DNA of 63,174 nt, filler included, from Squatina squatina (GCA_031763465.1; 4 parts of 3 records of this genome joined end to end with filler, not necessarily neighbours in it); one strand, 5' to 3'. Shown: positions 50,270-63,120, counted from the whole stretch's first letter. Notes: generated by a model from the sequence alone, not told the origin. Made by a program: numbers and translations.

Positions 50270-50409
50270 GTTTTGTTGAAATGGAAATAAAGAAAATGCT
50301 TGATGTTCAGAATGAGGTTCGGCTGTGGAAGAAAGATTTGAATGATGAGACCAGTCTGCTGCAAAGGTCAGATTCAACACTGAAAGATGCTGGAATCCTT
50401 CGCGAGCAG
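50270..50409 (+). CDS. GGNBP1: GGNBP1-like exon encoding USP4/15-type ubiquitin-like domain
   Basis: CAG acceptor, CAG/GTATTG donor, 140 bp open: GFVEMEIKKMLDVQNEVRLWKKDLNDETSLLQRSDSTLKDAGILREQ; RLW and TLxDAG motifs; same strand and upstream of ITPR3, as at human 6p21. Confidence 0.75.
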
Positions 50410-52084
50410 GTATTGAATCAGAATTGTCCAATTATGGCTACTGTCAACTCATAAAATATTTTGCAAACTATACACCTGTTTAGTGGTATAATGGCATCAT
50501 TGCATCACCAATCACATGAATGCAGGCTTNNNNNNNNNNNNNNNNNNNNNNNNNNNNNNNNNNNNNNNNNNNNNNNNNNNNNNNNNNNNNNNNNNNNNNN
50601 NNNNNNNNNNNNNNNNNNNNNNNNNNNNNATCATACAGAGCATTCTTGAAATGCGTGCTGAACTTTCTGGACAAGAGGTTAAGTCAGAGCTGGCCCACAA
50701 ACTTAGACCAGACATAAAGAGCATGGCAGCAGGTTACTAACTGGCTGAACTCAAAAGAAGGCTTGTACGAAGTTCCATAACATAAAATCGACCACCAAGG
50801 TAAAGCACCACGTCTTAATATAGAAATAAAAGATGATTTATTCTACTGTGGTTAAAAGATATCAACCAAGTAAAGACTTGAATGCAATTCCTGGTGGAAC
50901 ATAAACCTCTCTTTTTGCCTCTATATCTACATACATACACACACAACTTCCATGACATCAAATAGACTACCAAGGTAAATATATATATACATATATATAT
51001 ATATATATTTATAAATAAAATGAAGCTGCCCACATGTATTTCTGGGCCATAATTTCAAACACAAAATGCAGACAGGACTCAAAAGATCATGGCAAGTATT
51101 TATTGCACTTATTAATTTATGCCAAAGACAACTCCCATAATACTTCACAAATAGAAAGTGCACTGTGCCACCTTTTAGAAAAAACAAATTCCTGGAATTC
51201 ATATGCTTACAGACACTGACAAGAATCATAACAAGATACATCCAAAAAACATACACATCGTACAGATAAGCTTTGCCCTGTCAACAATTACTGATCACTG
51301 CTTCGCTTTGCGTGAAAAGCCATTTCCAGACAATATGTGAAAAGCCCTCGATAATTCAGGAGCAGTTAATAAAATTACTTACAATCAATAAAACAGCATC
51401 ACATTCATTTGGTTACTGCTATGATCACTGTGAAGCAATTGAAAGTTCAAATTATAATGTCCAAAACCTCTTAATTTATTGATCGACCTGGACAATGTAA
51501 AGTAGATAGGTAAAATTATTTACAATATATAGCCTTGCGATATTGGCACGTCTTTGGATAATCAGATAATGACATCTTCTTTTAATTGTCTACCCTCTGT
51601 GATCAATTAACTGCTTCATAAAATCGATTTAGACTTTGCTTTAGGAAACTATAGCACAAGTCATTACCGACAAACCCTTGCGGTGTTAACTTGCACATCA
51701 ATAAGATGAATTGTGATGCAAATAACCTTATCAAAGCACAATTGCGATGGTTACATTACAGGGCTGCACAAACATGGATGCAGGAAACTCCCTGTCCCTG
51801 AAAGGCATCTCCAGTCCATTAAAGCAATAAAATGGCATAAAACATATGAAGTAAATTATTCAGAGGAAGCTTCTCTGCATCCAGTATGCAATTGGAGAAA
51901 TAAATTAATGGCTGGTGAGAATTAGTGTCTGAAGTTTGTAGAACAAACACAACTGATCAAAATCAACATGTGTAGGGGTGGGAGAGTGAGAGATTAGGTA
52001 AGAAAGAAGAAAAAGTAAAAATGGGGTTAGATCAGAGCAAAAAATATTTAAACTTGTTTGTAAACTATTACTCATTTTTTCCTT

Positions 52085-52750
52085 TAGAATCATAGGATAG
52101 AATGGTAGCATCTCACAGGAGGCCATTTGGCCTGTCATGCCTATGTTGGCTCTTTGAAAGAGCTGTCCTCTTTGCCCTGAACTCTGGTTTTTCCCAGTCT
52201 ATGTTAGGATAATTGAAGTCCCCTATTATTACTGCACTATTCTTTTTACATTACTCTAAAATTTGCCGACAGATTTGCTCCTCTATCTCCTCACTATTTG
52301 GGGGTCTGTAGTAAACAAGCAGCAATGGAACCGCTCCTTTTCTGTTCCTTAACTCTAACCAATAGATTCAATCGTTGCAATCTCTGTTGTCCCTCTGCAG
52401 AATTGTAATATTATCCTTGACCAATACTGCCACCTCACCCCGCCCCCATCCCTCCTGAATACATTGTAACCAAGAATGTTTAGTTTCCATTCCTGCCCAT
52501 GTTTAAGCCAGGTCTCGGTTATAGCCACGATATCATAACCCCATGTGGCAACTTGCACCTGTAGCTGGTCAACCTTATTTGTAACACTCCTCGCATTAAC
52601 AAACATGCATTCAAACTTCCTGCTCTTGCTATACTATTCTTTGTTCTGTTGCTGTTTGTCCCTCCTATTTTTCTATGCACCTCGGCTCTCCTCTCTGCTG
52701 CTGCGTCCGAGTGTCCCTTCTCCTGCCAAATTAGTTTGCTCACTGCCAAT
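52085..52750 (-). mobile_element. CR1 LINE, internally deleted (endonuclease region joined to 3' tail)
   Basis: FVNARSVTNKVDQLQVQVATWGYDIVAITETWL, IGDFNYP; CR1 tail at ~52085-52155. Confidence 0.85.
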
Positions 52751-53199
52751 ATGACAGAGTCCCTCTGAACAGAAAAGTGCACTTCTTAACTCTCCATTAA
52801 GGTAGGAACAGCAAGTTCTTTAGGTCAGCTCTAGTTTACCTGTAGGGCTTCACCTCCAATCAGCCTCAAACTCAAGTTCCCTCAGAATGTGTAGCAGAGT
52901 TTTACAAGAAAACCACCTTTGCATGCGTGTGTTTGAATAGCTGGCCTTCTGCTTTCTAGTTGTTATACATCCAAAAGAGAGATTTGGTCAACTGCATTCA
53001 GGTTTGACTNNNNNNNNNNNNNNNNNNNNNNNNNNNNNNNNNNNNNNNNNNNNNNNNNNNNNNNNNNNNNNNNNNNNNNNNNNNNNNNNNNNNNNNNNNN
53101 NNNNNNNNNTGGCAAGACTGGTGATGCCCCCCATGACTGAATAGTCAAATCTGCAAACCTCACATCTGGCCATGTTAAACATCTTTTAAATTTAAGAAA

Positions 53200-53585
53200 T
53201 AAACTTTTGCACTCTTTACAACTCCCTACAACCCCCTTAAAAAAAACTGGAAAAAAAATTGCCATTTAAATACTTTCAGGCCCAAATGCTCATTTGACTC
53301 TAACTTTTTTTTAAAACCGGGTGACATCGACAATAAAACTCGTCGGTGTCACCGCTAATTTTAAAAAACAATCAGCCTACCTTAATTCCACGGCAGGTGG
53401 CATTTTCAGCGATGATGTCGTGGATGCCACCTAGTGCTGTATGCAGAGTTCCTGGCGCTGCATGGGCAGCGCCATTTTGTACATCGCGCTGGGCCCCTAC
53501 AAAAAGCCCAGCGCGGCACTTACCAGCAATAAATGGCATTCGGGGTCAAACGCCGTTTTAACGATGGAAGACACTTGGGCGCCCT
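53200..53585 (-). mobile_element. Second copy of the AGGGCGCCCAA TIR-element end
   Basis: Reverse complement of 1820-2040 including hairpin GGTGACATCGAC/GTCGGTGTCACC (53320-53353). Confidence 0.65.
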
Positions 53586-54459
53586 CTATCTTTAAAGTTA
53601 CTTCAGCTTGCAAATTTCGTCTGACATTTAAATAGAATCATCAAATGTCAGGTTCCTGCATGTTTTAACGGATGGATACAAAATGTGCCAAGCTCTAACA
53701 AAACGTTAATCCCACAACAAACTTATGTAAAAAGCAGAAAAATTGCTTGCAGATCGGCTTGCATCATTTTCATACAAAGTACCCCAAGAGCTTTCATACT
53801 TTAGGACATCTCCTGTGGCATTACTGATGGGTGCTGACCGGGAGTGAAACTGGTGTGCTCGAGGCAGGTCTGGAAGAGATGAAAGGTGGGCCTGGGAATC
53901 AGTGCTGGGAAGGAGCGATGGAGCAGGCAGGTTGAGAGATTGACAGGTCGAGCTCAATGGGAAGGATAAGGCTAGAACCTGAGTACTCAAGTTGAAACAG
54001 GGCGAGATGAGCCAGGCCAGATGAAGAAGCAGTTGAAGTGGGTGGTGCGGGAAGCACACGGAGCTGGGCCGAGTTAGACGAGGAATTACTCTGGACTGGT
54101 AAAGGGCATGCTTCGAAAAATACGTGTGGGTTGGGAAAGCCAACACTGAGGACATTGGATAGCGAGGTTGCACATGTATGAAGAGGCCCAGTGGAAGAAC
54201 GGATGAATAAAACTCAAGCCCTGGGCTCCTGAGGGTCGATCTCAGAAGAAAATGTATTGGACGAATTTCTAACAGGAGTCAGACAAATGTTCAGAAAGTT
54301 TAAAGATTTGGGGGAACTATTTAATTTTTCTGCATTAGTGGTATGTGTACAGTCGGCTAACCTAGGAAACAACATAAGGCATTCAGAGAATAGCAATTTT
54401 TTTGGAATGATTTGACTAGAATGTTTGTGACTTTTACCAGTTCCTTATTAGTAACCTTG

Positions 54460-55252
54460 GGTGAAAAAAGAGCGATTTGATTGCTTGGTTTCGTGTGGAT
54501 TGCCGGTTGGTGATTCACAACGTTTCCTCTCTGGCTATTGGTTCGTGATTGGCAGCTTCGGGGCCAATATTTTCAGGTGGGCGGTTCCTTTCGCTGATTC
54601 CAGATCTCTGTTTGTCGCCACAATTAAGCGAAGGTTTATAGTTTGAGACAAAATTGAAACCACACGGAAGTTTCGTAAAACTCCCTCTTCTAAACATTTT
54701 TTTTTACAAAAGTGAGAGTTCCATACAGCACACGTGTGTGTCAACGCGATTGTGTCGTTTAATAATATAATCCTTTAGTTTCAAATGTATTGGGAACTTC
54801 ACCGTTTCGGGCTGTTTAAAAAAAAATTAAAGACCAATATTGTACATGGATGCCTCGAACACTGCACTTCGACATTTGCATTCAAAAGATCGACCTCTGA
54901 ACAACTCACACACTACTCCCGAGACAGGTTCTTGTTTCGCCTCTGGTGGGCGTTACTGCTGGGCGATAAGAAGTTTTGCATGAGATACTATACAAACTTC
55001 CTGTATTCTCTGCTCTCCTTGTCTATTGGACGCAGGTGGCCACACAGACGGAGGAGCGCTCATGCAAATATTTGCAGCTCCAGTTGTGCTCTCTGACTCT
55101 CGCGCTGTGTGTTGACAACTGCGGTTGGAGAGACAGCCAGGAGCTGAACCCTCTCCGCCAGGCTGTTCCCGGGCTCTTGGTGAATTTCGCGCGTGGGCTG
55201 GTGCACATCTTCCAAGGAGAGACGACGGGACTGTCCAGATTAGGAGAGCGCA
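54460..55252 (+). promoter_or_regulatory. Probable ITPR3 promoter and 5' UTR
   Basis: CpG-enriched non-repeat sequence directly before the ATG; inverted CCAAT boxes (ATTGG ~54537, ~54548, ~55025), GGGCGG ~54579, CACGTG 54731; TSS not locatable. Confidence 0.55.
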
Positions 55253-55341
55253 ATGTCTGAAATGTCAAGCTTTCTGCACGTTGGGGACATTGTTTCCCTG
55301 TACGCGGAAGGCTCGGTGAATGGCTTCATTAGCACCTTGGG
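55253..55341 (+). CDS. ITPR3: Inositol 1,4,5-trisphosphate receptor type 3, first coding exon
   Basis: 89 bp, GG/GTAAGA donor: [30 protein letters not shown]; the MSEMSS start is type-3 diagnostic. Confidence 0.93.
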
Positions 55342-55866
55342 GTAAGAGACCATTAGACTCGCATGTGCTCCCATCCCATCCTTTCCCCTGGCGTGTGTAT
55401 CCGGACCCTTTTACAAAAAAAAACCTCCAAGCGATCTTTCATCAGTTGTTTATCAAATGTGTACAAGTTCATCAGATATGCAAGGCACTTTAAAGCTCAG
55501 TGACTCGACTGGGTCCTAACTTCCGTCAGTTAAATACCAATCGAGTTGAAAGTTAATGTCGTGACAACAGGTAGTCGGATGGTTGCTTTATAGATTTAGT
55601 TTGATTTTGTTTTTGAAACGATTGAATTTTTTGTGGTTAGGATTTTGTTTTTGATTTTGGGTTACATCTCCCTGCATGATTAAATTATTACCAAAATGTA
55701 ACTTAAACAGTTTAAGAAGGCTTGTTGCATACTCTTGGGTGTTAAAAGCTTTTATGTGATACTCAAAATCACTTTATTGTGTGAGAAGACTCAATGGGAT
55801 TGTTTTAATCAATTTGAATTATTTTCAAACACGTCAATATTAAATGGTAATTGTTTCAAACAATCC

Positions 55867-58241
55867 CTGTGTGTAGCAGTCTGCTATTCTGTCTGTAGCA
55901 CTGTGTTAGTCTGTGTGTAGCAGTGTGCTAGTCTTTGTGCAGCAGTGTGCTTGTCTACATGCAACAGTGTGCTAGTCTGTGTGTAGCAGTGTGCGAGTCT
56001 GTGTGTACCAGTGTGCTAGACTGTGTGAAGCAATGTGCTTATCTGTGTAGAGCAGTGTGCTAGTCTGTGTGTGGCAATGTGCTAGTCTGTGTGTAGCAGT
56101 GTGCTAATCTGTGTGTAGCAGTGTGCTAGTCTGTGTGCAGCAGTGTGCTAGTCTGTGTGTACCAGTGTGCTAGTCTGTTTGTCCCAGTGTGCGAGTCTGT
56201 GTGTACCAGTGTGCTAGACTGTGTAAAGCAATGTGCTTATCTGTGCGTAGCAATGTGCTAGTCTGTGTGTGGCAGTGTGCTAGTCTGTGTGCAGCAGTGT
56301 GCCAGTCTGTATGCAGGAGTGTGCTAGTCTGTGTGTACCAGTGTGCTTGTTTACATGCAACAGTGTGCTCGTCTGTGTGTAGCAGTGTGCTCGTCTGTGT
56401 ATAGCAGTGTGCTTGTCTGTGTGTGGGAGTGTGCCAGTCTGTGTGTAGCAGTGTGCTTGTCTGTGTAGAGCAGTGTACTAGTCTGTGTGTAGCAGTGTGC
56501 TTGTCTGGGTGTGGGAGTGTGCTAGTCTGTGTGTAGCAGTGTGCTAGTCTGTGTGTGGGAGTGTGCTAATCTGTGTGCAGCAGTGTGCTAGTCTGTGTGC
56601 AGCAGTGTGCTAGTCTGTGTGTAGCAGTGTGCGAGTCTGTGTGTACAAGTGTGCTAGACTGTGTGAAGCAATGTGCTTATCTGTGTGTAGCAGTGTGCTA
56701 GTCTGTGTGCAGCAGTGTGCTAGTCTGTGTGTGGCAGTGTGCTCGTCTGCGTGCAGCAGTGTGCTAGTCTGTTTGCAGCAGTGTGCTAATCTGTGGGTAG
56801 CAGTGTGCTGGTATGTGTGTAGCAGTGTGCTAGTCTGTGTGCAGCAGTGTGCCAGTCTGTATGCAGCAGTGTTCTAGTCTGTGTGTACCAGTGTGCGAGT
56901 CTGTGTGTACCAGTGTGCCAGTCTGTGTGCGGCAGTGTGCTAGTCTGTGTGCGGCAGTGTGCCAGTCTGTGTGCAGCAGTGTGCCAGTCTGTATGCAGCA
57001 GTGTGCTAGTCTGTGTGCAGCAGTGTGCTAATCTGTGTGTAGCATTGTGCTAGTCTGTGTGCAGCAGTGTGCTAGTCTGTGTGTACCAGTGTGCGAGTCT
57101 GTGTGTACCAGTGTGCTAGACTGTGTAAAGCAATGTGCTTATCTGTGCGTAGCAGTGTGCTAGTCTGTGTGCAGCAGTATGCTAGTCTGTGTGCGGCAGT
57201 GTGCTAGTCTGTGTGTCGCAGTGTGCTAGTCTGTGTGTAGCAGTGTGCTAGTCTGTGTGCAGCAGTGTGCCAGTCTGTCTGCAGGAGTGTGCCAGTCTGT
57301 GTGTGGCAGTGTGCTAGTCTGTGTGTAGCAGTGTGCTAGTCTGTGTGCAGCAGTGTGCCAGTCTGTCTGCAGGAGTGAGCCAGTCTGTGTGTGGCAGTGT
57401 GCTAGTCTGTGTGTAGCAGTGTGCTAGTCTGTGTGTAGCAGTGTGCTGGACTGTGTGTAGCAGTGTGCCGGTCTGTGTGTAGCAGTCTGCTGGTCTGTCT
57501 GTAGCACTGTGTTAGTCTGCGTGTAGCAATGTGCTAGTTGGTGTTTAGCAGTGTGCTGGTCTCTGTGTAGCAGTGCGCTAGTCTTTGTGCAGCAGTGTGC
57601 TTGTCTACATGCAACAGTGTGCTGGTCTGTGTGTAGCAGTGTGCTAGTCTTTGTGCAGAAGTGCGCTTGTCTACATGCAACAGTGTGCTCGTCTGTGTGT
57701 AGCAGTGTGCTCGTCTGTGTTCAGCAGTGTGCAAGTCTGTGTGTAGCAATTTGCTAGTCGGTGTGTAGCAGTGTGCTAGTCGGTGTGCAGCAGTGTGCCA
57801 GTCTGTATGCAGCAGTGTGCAAGTCTGTGTGCAGCAGTGTGCCAGTCTGTATGCAGCAGTGTGCTAGTCTGTGTGAGGCAGTGTGCTAGTCTGTGTGCAG
57901 CAGTATGCTAGTCTGTGTGTGGCAGTGTGCTAGTCTGTGTGTGGCAGTGTGCTAGTCTGTGTGTGGCACTGTGCTAGTCTGTGTGTAGCAATGTGCTAGT
58001 CTGTGTGTAGCAGTGTGCTTGTATGTGTGTGGGAGTGTGCTAGTCTGTGTGTAGCAGTGTGCTTGTCTGTGTGTGGCAGTGTACTAGTCTGTGTGTAGCA
58101 GTGTGCTATTCTTTGTGCAGCAGTGTGCTTGTCTACATGCAACAGTGTGCTCGTCTGTGTGTTGCAGTGTGCTAGTCTGTTTGTCCCAGTGTGCGAGTCT
58201 GTGTGTACCAGTGTGCTAGACTGTGTAAAGCAATGTGCTTA
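55867..58241. repeat. 22-bp minisatellite, consensus AGCAGTGTGCTAGTCTGTGTGT, ~108 copies, runs into gap
   Basis: Direct reading of the period; recurrent variant units. Confidence 0.95.
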
Positions 58242-58969
58242 NNNNNNNNNNNNNNNNNNNNNNNNNNNNNNNNNNNNNNNNNNNNNNNNNNNNNNNNNNN
58301 NNNNNNNNNNNNNNNNNNNNNNNNNNNNNNNNNNNNNNNNNGAAAATAATTGAGACACAAATATAAAGCAGTAGTTCACTTGATCCCTTTAAATCCCAAA
58401 GGAAATCACTATTGGGAACTTTTTGTTTGCTTTTTTGATTCATGTTGCCACCATTATTTTTTGCACAGCCTTGTCTCTCTGTGTTATGGAACCATTCATC
58501 AGCAGAGGGGGCATGCCCATCATCTATTCCTGGCCTCTGTCAATGTGACTCTCAGCTGACTATGGAAGATAAGCATAAATTGCATGGAATGACAAGCTGG
58601 TCAGTTTTTGTCCTCTTGTTGGGAAGGTGCCTAGAAGCTTGCGGTACTGTTTAAATTGTCAACAGTAATGGACATGTAACAGCTCGAAGCATAATACACA
58701 CATTCCTAGTATAAACAGACTCTCACGTTAATGACAGTGTGTCTGAGCATTCTCATGCCAAAGACCATTGTACCCTAAGTGGTCCTGCAGTGCTCTTGAG
58801 TCACAGGCAGTAGTCTATTTAGAACATTTGTGAGGAAGAAATTGGTTAAGATAAAGATTAAATGTGGTTTTTTTCACACCAAATCATTTATAAATCTCTG
58901 ACTGTTTCATTGATGGTAAAAAATGACATGTTGAAACAATTTCACTTTCACCTCGTTTTCTTTTCACAG

Positions 58970-59051
58970 CATGCAGCTGAGCTGGAACAGAAGCAGAATG
59001 AAACGGAAAATAAAAAAGTACACGGAGAGGTGATAAAATATGGCAGTGTAG
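58970..59051 (+). CDS. ITPR3: ITPR3 internal exon (exon 4 equivalent), truncated by gap
   Basis: TTTCACAG acceptor: HAAELEQKQNETENKKVHGEVIKYGSV; KKVHG and KYGSV are ITPR3-like. Confidence 0.92.
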
Positions 59052-59542
59052 NNNNNNNNNNNNNNNNNNNNNNNNNNNNNNNNNNNNNNNNNNNNNNNNN
59101 NNNNNNNNNNNNNNNNNNNNNNNNNNNNNNNNNNNNNNNNNNNNNNNNNNNAATTGTAGCGAGAGAGAGAGATCGAGTGGCCTATCCAGAAGTAGCATCC
59201 TGTAGTTGCATCTCTTCATATTTTGGCAGGTTCATGTAAGATTTTCATAACATAAAGAAAACACATAGAAGAAACAAAAGTGGTAGAAGATCCTATCCAT
59301 CACAGGAAGTGATAATAGGAAGTATTTCTGTACAAATATGTAATGTGTTTGGAAGTAAGGGTAAATTGAATTCCCTTTCTGTTGACATGCGATTAAGCTG
59401 TGTGCATGATTCTGACACCAATAATTTTAGAAATAATGAAAAAATTTTTGTAATGCTATAGAGTTGAAAGATTGTCCATGGTAAGAAGCTAATTGTTTCC
59501 TTTTCAATACTGTTGTACTTATTTTTAAATTTTCAACTATAG

Positions 59543-59626
59543 GTAAACTCTGTGAACTGCAACACAAGCTGGAAGATAAATCTCTTCATGAAGTACAATG
59601 ACTATATGGAAGATGTTTTGAAAGGG
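59543..59626 (+). CDS. ITPR3: ITPR3 internal exon (exon 7 equivalent)
   Basis: 84 bp, TAG/GTATGA: VNSVNCNTSWKINLFMKYNDYMEDVLKG. Confidence 0.93.
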
Positions 59627-59697
59627 GTATGAATTATTGTAAAGTTGTTGGTGGAACATGTTGCTGAAGGACAATGTTGATAATGCATAGCTCATTA

Positions 59698-60466
59698 GGG
59701 TAGAAATTCTGAGCACTGAAGTTCAGGGGCTAGAAAGAGCTGGCAGAGGCACAATGGAGCGAATGGCCTCCTTCTGTGCTGTAAGCTCCAATGGTATCTT
59801 TGAACTTACCGATTAGAACATCTACCCTTTCAGTTTGAGGAATTTGATTGGTTCCCAGGAGCAATTTAACAAATATTTTGACAGTGTAATTTGTGTACTG
59901 GTGGCATTATACTTTTCTCACATTTGAGAACAGAAAACTAATAAATTTTCTTGTTATGATGGCCACCATCAATACACACCTGTGACTATTTGGAATCTTG
60001 AATTTGGTGTCGATAAAATTCAATATCGCCTGGTTTGTACAACACATTATGCCTAAGATGAACAGTCAGCTATTTTTCCATTTCAGCTTTGATTTCTGTT
60101 GCAGGAGCAAAAATTTAGATAACTAAAAAGCTGTGGCTTTGGCTGCCAACCTCTCTCCATCAACTCATTCTTTCTCAGGATCTCAACCTGTGAAACTCCT
60201 GATTTTTCTCTGCCCACCTTTCCTATAATCCACAGGCTTTCCACACCCAAGCTTCACGCCACTATTTCCTGATTTATCTCAGCCCTGGTGGTGCCCCGCA
60301 CTGTGGGCTGGGAGCTTCCATCTGGGTTTCTCAGTACAAGAAAATTATCTGATTAACCCATGCATCAACTGACTGGCGGGGACATTCGGAGCCCAATCGA
60401 CTTTCAGAGAACATGTATACATCTTCCTCCTTTGGACTATCATGGAGTATGGATCCATTTCTACCC
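59698..60466. mobile_element. Candidate Harbinger-type MITE with GGGTAGAAAT inverted termini
   Basis: TTA-GGGTAGAAAT ... ATTTCTACCC-TAA; same right end at 36567-36579; CR1 tail nested at ~59715-59790. Confidence 0.45.
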
Positions 60467-62222
60467 TAAGATAGCCAGGGTCAGCTGCGAGTCATTATAG
60501 TCTCATTAGGTAGTCAGCAACTGTGAACCTGATTCCTCACGAGACCCTGAAAATCACGAACATGAAAACCAATATCAGAAAAAATCACTTTAATAGAGAA
60601 ATTATCTTTGGAGCTATGATTCCACTCTCAATAATGACAGATTATGAAAAATGTATTAGTCCTTGTGGAAAATACCATGTATACAGGGGCACTATGTTGT
60701 GATGCCTCAGTGTGCTCCCATTGTTTCTGTGTGGGGCAGATTTGAGGAGTTTTCAAATAAACCCTACATGATCTAACGTGACGATTTTTGGGTTGGGATT
60801 CCAGTGAACTCTTTATTGATTAACATATTTAACTGAAAAGGATTAAAGATTTGACTAAAATAGCATGCCAGGAATTTTATACAAGCACAATAACTGGGGG
60901 ACTGAAAATAACTTTCAGTGGAATTTTAACCCTCTGGCTTTTGGTTCGTTCAGTGCTTGTTCTTAATGTATTGTTTTTTTAAACATCAACTATGTTGATA
61001 TCATCAAAGGTTTAAAGCAATAAAATCACTCCTCTATTAGCTTTTGAGGAGGACAGATTGTAATACAATCTTTGTTGGACTGGTTTACCCATTAAAATTA
61101 GCAATTTGTTTAATTGATATTAATTTGGCCTTACAATTAACTTGTTGGTGCACTTTTGATATGAATACTACTTCCTGTTCACGCTACACAGTTTTTTTGG
61201 GCATTAAACGGCATCGTTAAACACATTTGTACACCATAGCTTGGTACAATTAGGGTGCTGGGAAACAGGAGACCAAGCCACCTCCCTGCATCACTCCCCT
61301 AATTTTTAGATTTGAAGTCTGCCACCGGTCTCCTGAGAGCCATTTAGGTTCGTGGAGGAGGTAGTTATGACAGTTAACATGGCGAGCCATGAAAAAGTGG
61401 GTCCAAATTGCCACTGAAATGAGGTAGGGCATGTGATTTACATTGGGGAGCACTATCAACCGCTCAAGACTTGCTCAGCAAGAGCCAACTGTACCACAGT
61501 CATATAATTTACAGAGATAAGCTTATTTGTGAGTGATNNNNNNNNNNNNNNNNNNNNNNNNNNNNNNNNNNNNNNNNNNNNNNNNNNNNNNNNNNNNNNN
61601 NNNNNNNNNNNNNNNNNNNNNNNNNNNNNNNNNNNNNNNNNNNNNNNNNNNNNNNNNNNNNNNNNNNNNNNNNNNNNNNNNNNNNNNNNNNNNNNNNNNN
61701 NNNNNNNNNNNNNNNNNNNNNNNNNNNNNNNNNNNNNNNNNNNNNNNNNNNNNNNNNNNNNNNNNNNNNNNNNNNNNNNNNNNNNNNNNNNNNNNNNNNN
61801 NNNNNNNNNNNNNNNNNNNNNNNNNNNNNNNNNNNNNNNNNNNNNNNNNNNNNNNNNNNNNNNNNNNNNNNNNNNNNNNNNNNNNNNNNNNNNNNNNNNN
61901 NNNNNNNNNNNNNNNNNNNNNNNNNNNNNNNNNNNNNNNNNNNNNNNNNNNNNNNNNNNNNNNNNNNNNNNNNNNNNNNNNNNNNNNNNNNNNNNNNNNN
62001 NNNNNNNNNNNNNNNNNNNNNNNNNNNNNNNNNNNNNNNNNNNNNNNNNNNNNNNNNNNNNNNNNNNNNNNNNNNNNNNNNNNNNNNNNNNNNNNNNNNN
62101 NNNNNNNNNNNNNNNNNNNNNNNNNNNNNNNNNNNNNNNNNNNNNNNNNNNNNNNNNNNNNNNNNNNNNNNNNNNNNNNNNNNNNNNNNNNNNNNNNNNN
62201 NNNNNNNNNNNNNNNNNNNNNN

Positions 62223-63120
62223 CTGCACAAAGCCTTGTGCCAAGTTGGTGCTGACCTCCTCCATGCTCCTTGACATTGAACGCAGGCTTTCTGGCAGACC
62301 TCCCAATGCACCATGTACCATCGAAGTCCTCATCTGAGTCCACTTTCATGGAACCCTTATGCAACCTTGCCCTCCTGCAAGCTGGCACCTCCACTATCCT
62401 TGCCCCCTGCTCTGGCTGGAGCCCACTCATGCCCTCTCACCATGAGCAGATCCTGCCTCTATGCTATCCTCAATAATATCCGCAATTTCAGTATCTGAGC
62501 TGGTGGCTGTGAGTATGAAATCAAGTTACGGTGCATCTTCATCATTACTGTCTCCTTGCTGTTGTTCCACTGCCTGGCCAGGTTGTGGTTGGTGGGGGTG
62601 GAGAGGAGGTCGTGTGGAGTAAGTGGCCAGCACTGTCTCCTCCATAGAGGTTAAGACATGCAGGCGCGCCTGATCAGTACCTACTGCTGCCTCTGGTTGT
62701 GCACCACTTTGCCCTACAGGAGAGAGGAAAGCGTGACAGTGAGTGTCATGCAATCTGTTTGGATGATGTTGCTTTTATGGTTGAATAGCTGGCAATGTGT
62801 ACAAGCTGTGAGATGTGGGTGTGAGTATAGCAGCAGTGGTAAGTGTGTAAGGGTGAGATGAAGCTATGAATGTGAGGTACGAGTCATGTGTGGTGAAGAT
62901 TGTTGGTAGGTGAGTGATGGGGGTGTGGTGATTAAATCACTGACCTTGATCACTTGTGTGATGTAATTAAACTTCTTCCTGCACCACAGCTAGCTCCTTG
63001 GGGCAACACTGCTGGCATTGGCAGTTATGGCTATCTGCTCCCATTGGCGTTTTCGATTTTGCCTGGAGGGTCTCCTGGTCCCTTGTGAAAATAAGGTCTC
63101 TTTCCTCCTGCACCAAGGCA
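62223..63120 (-). mobile_element. Decayed Harbinger accessory gene (Myb/SANT-like DNA-binding protein) with introns
   Basis: Exon ~63120-62945 RRKETLFSQGTRRPSRQNRKRQWEQIAITANASSVAPRS*LWCRKKFNYITQVIK with GTCAGT donor; acceptor CCTGTAG before 62713, GKVVHNQRQQ*..QARLHVLTSMEETVLA; later coiled-coil LGGLPESLRSMSRSMEE. Confidence 0.75.

Noticed and set aside
55867-58241. CRISPR-like array
   Set aside because: Units are contiguous with no unique spacers, no cas genes are present, and the DNA is eukaryotic.
56189-58353. Cys/Val-rich ORFs resembling metallothionein or keratin-associated proteins
   Set aside because: They are translations of the 22-bp minisatellite; the period is not a multiple of 3 and TAG stops recur.
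61456-62430. Longest ORFs in the track (241-324 aa) and other X-containing ORFs
   Set aside because: Their length comes from reading through N gaps.
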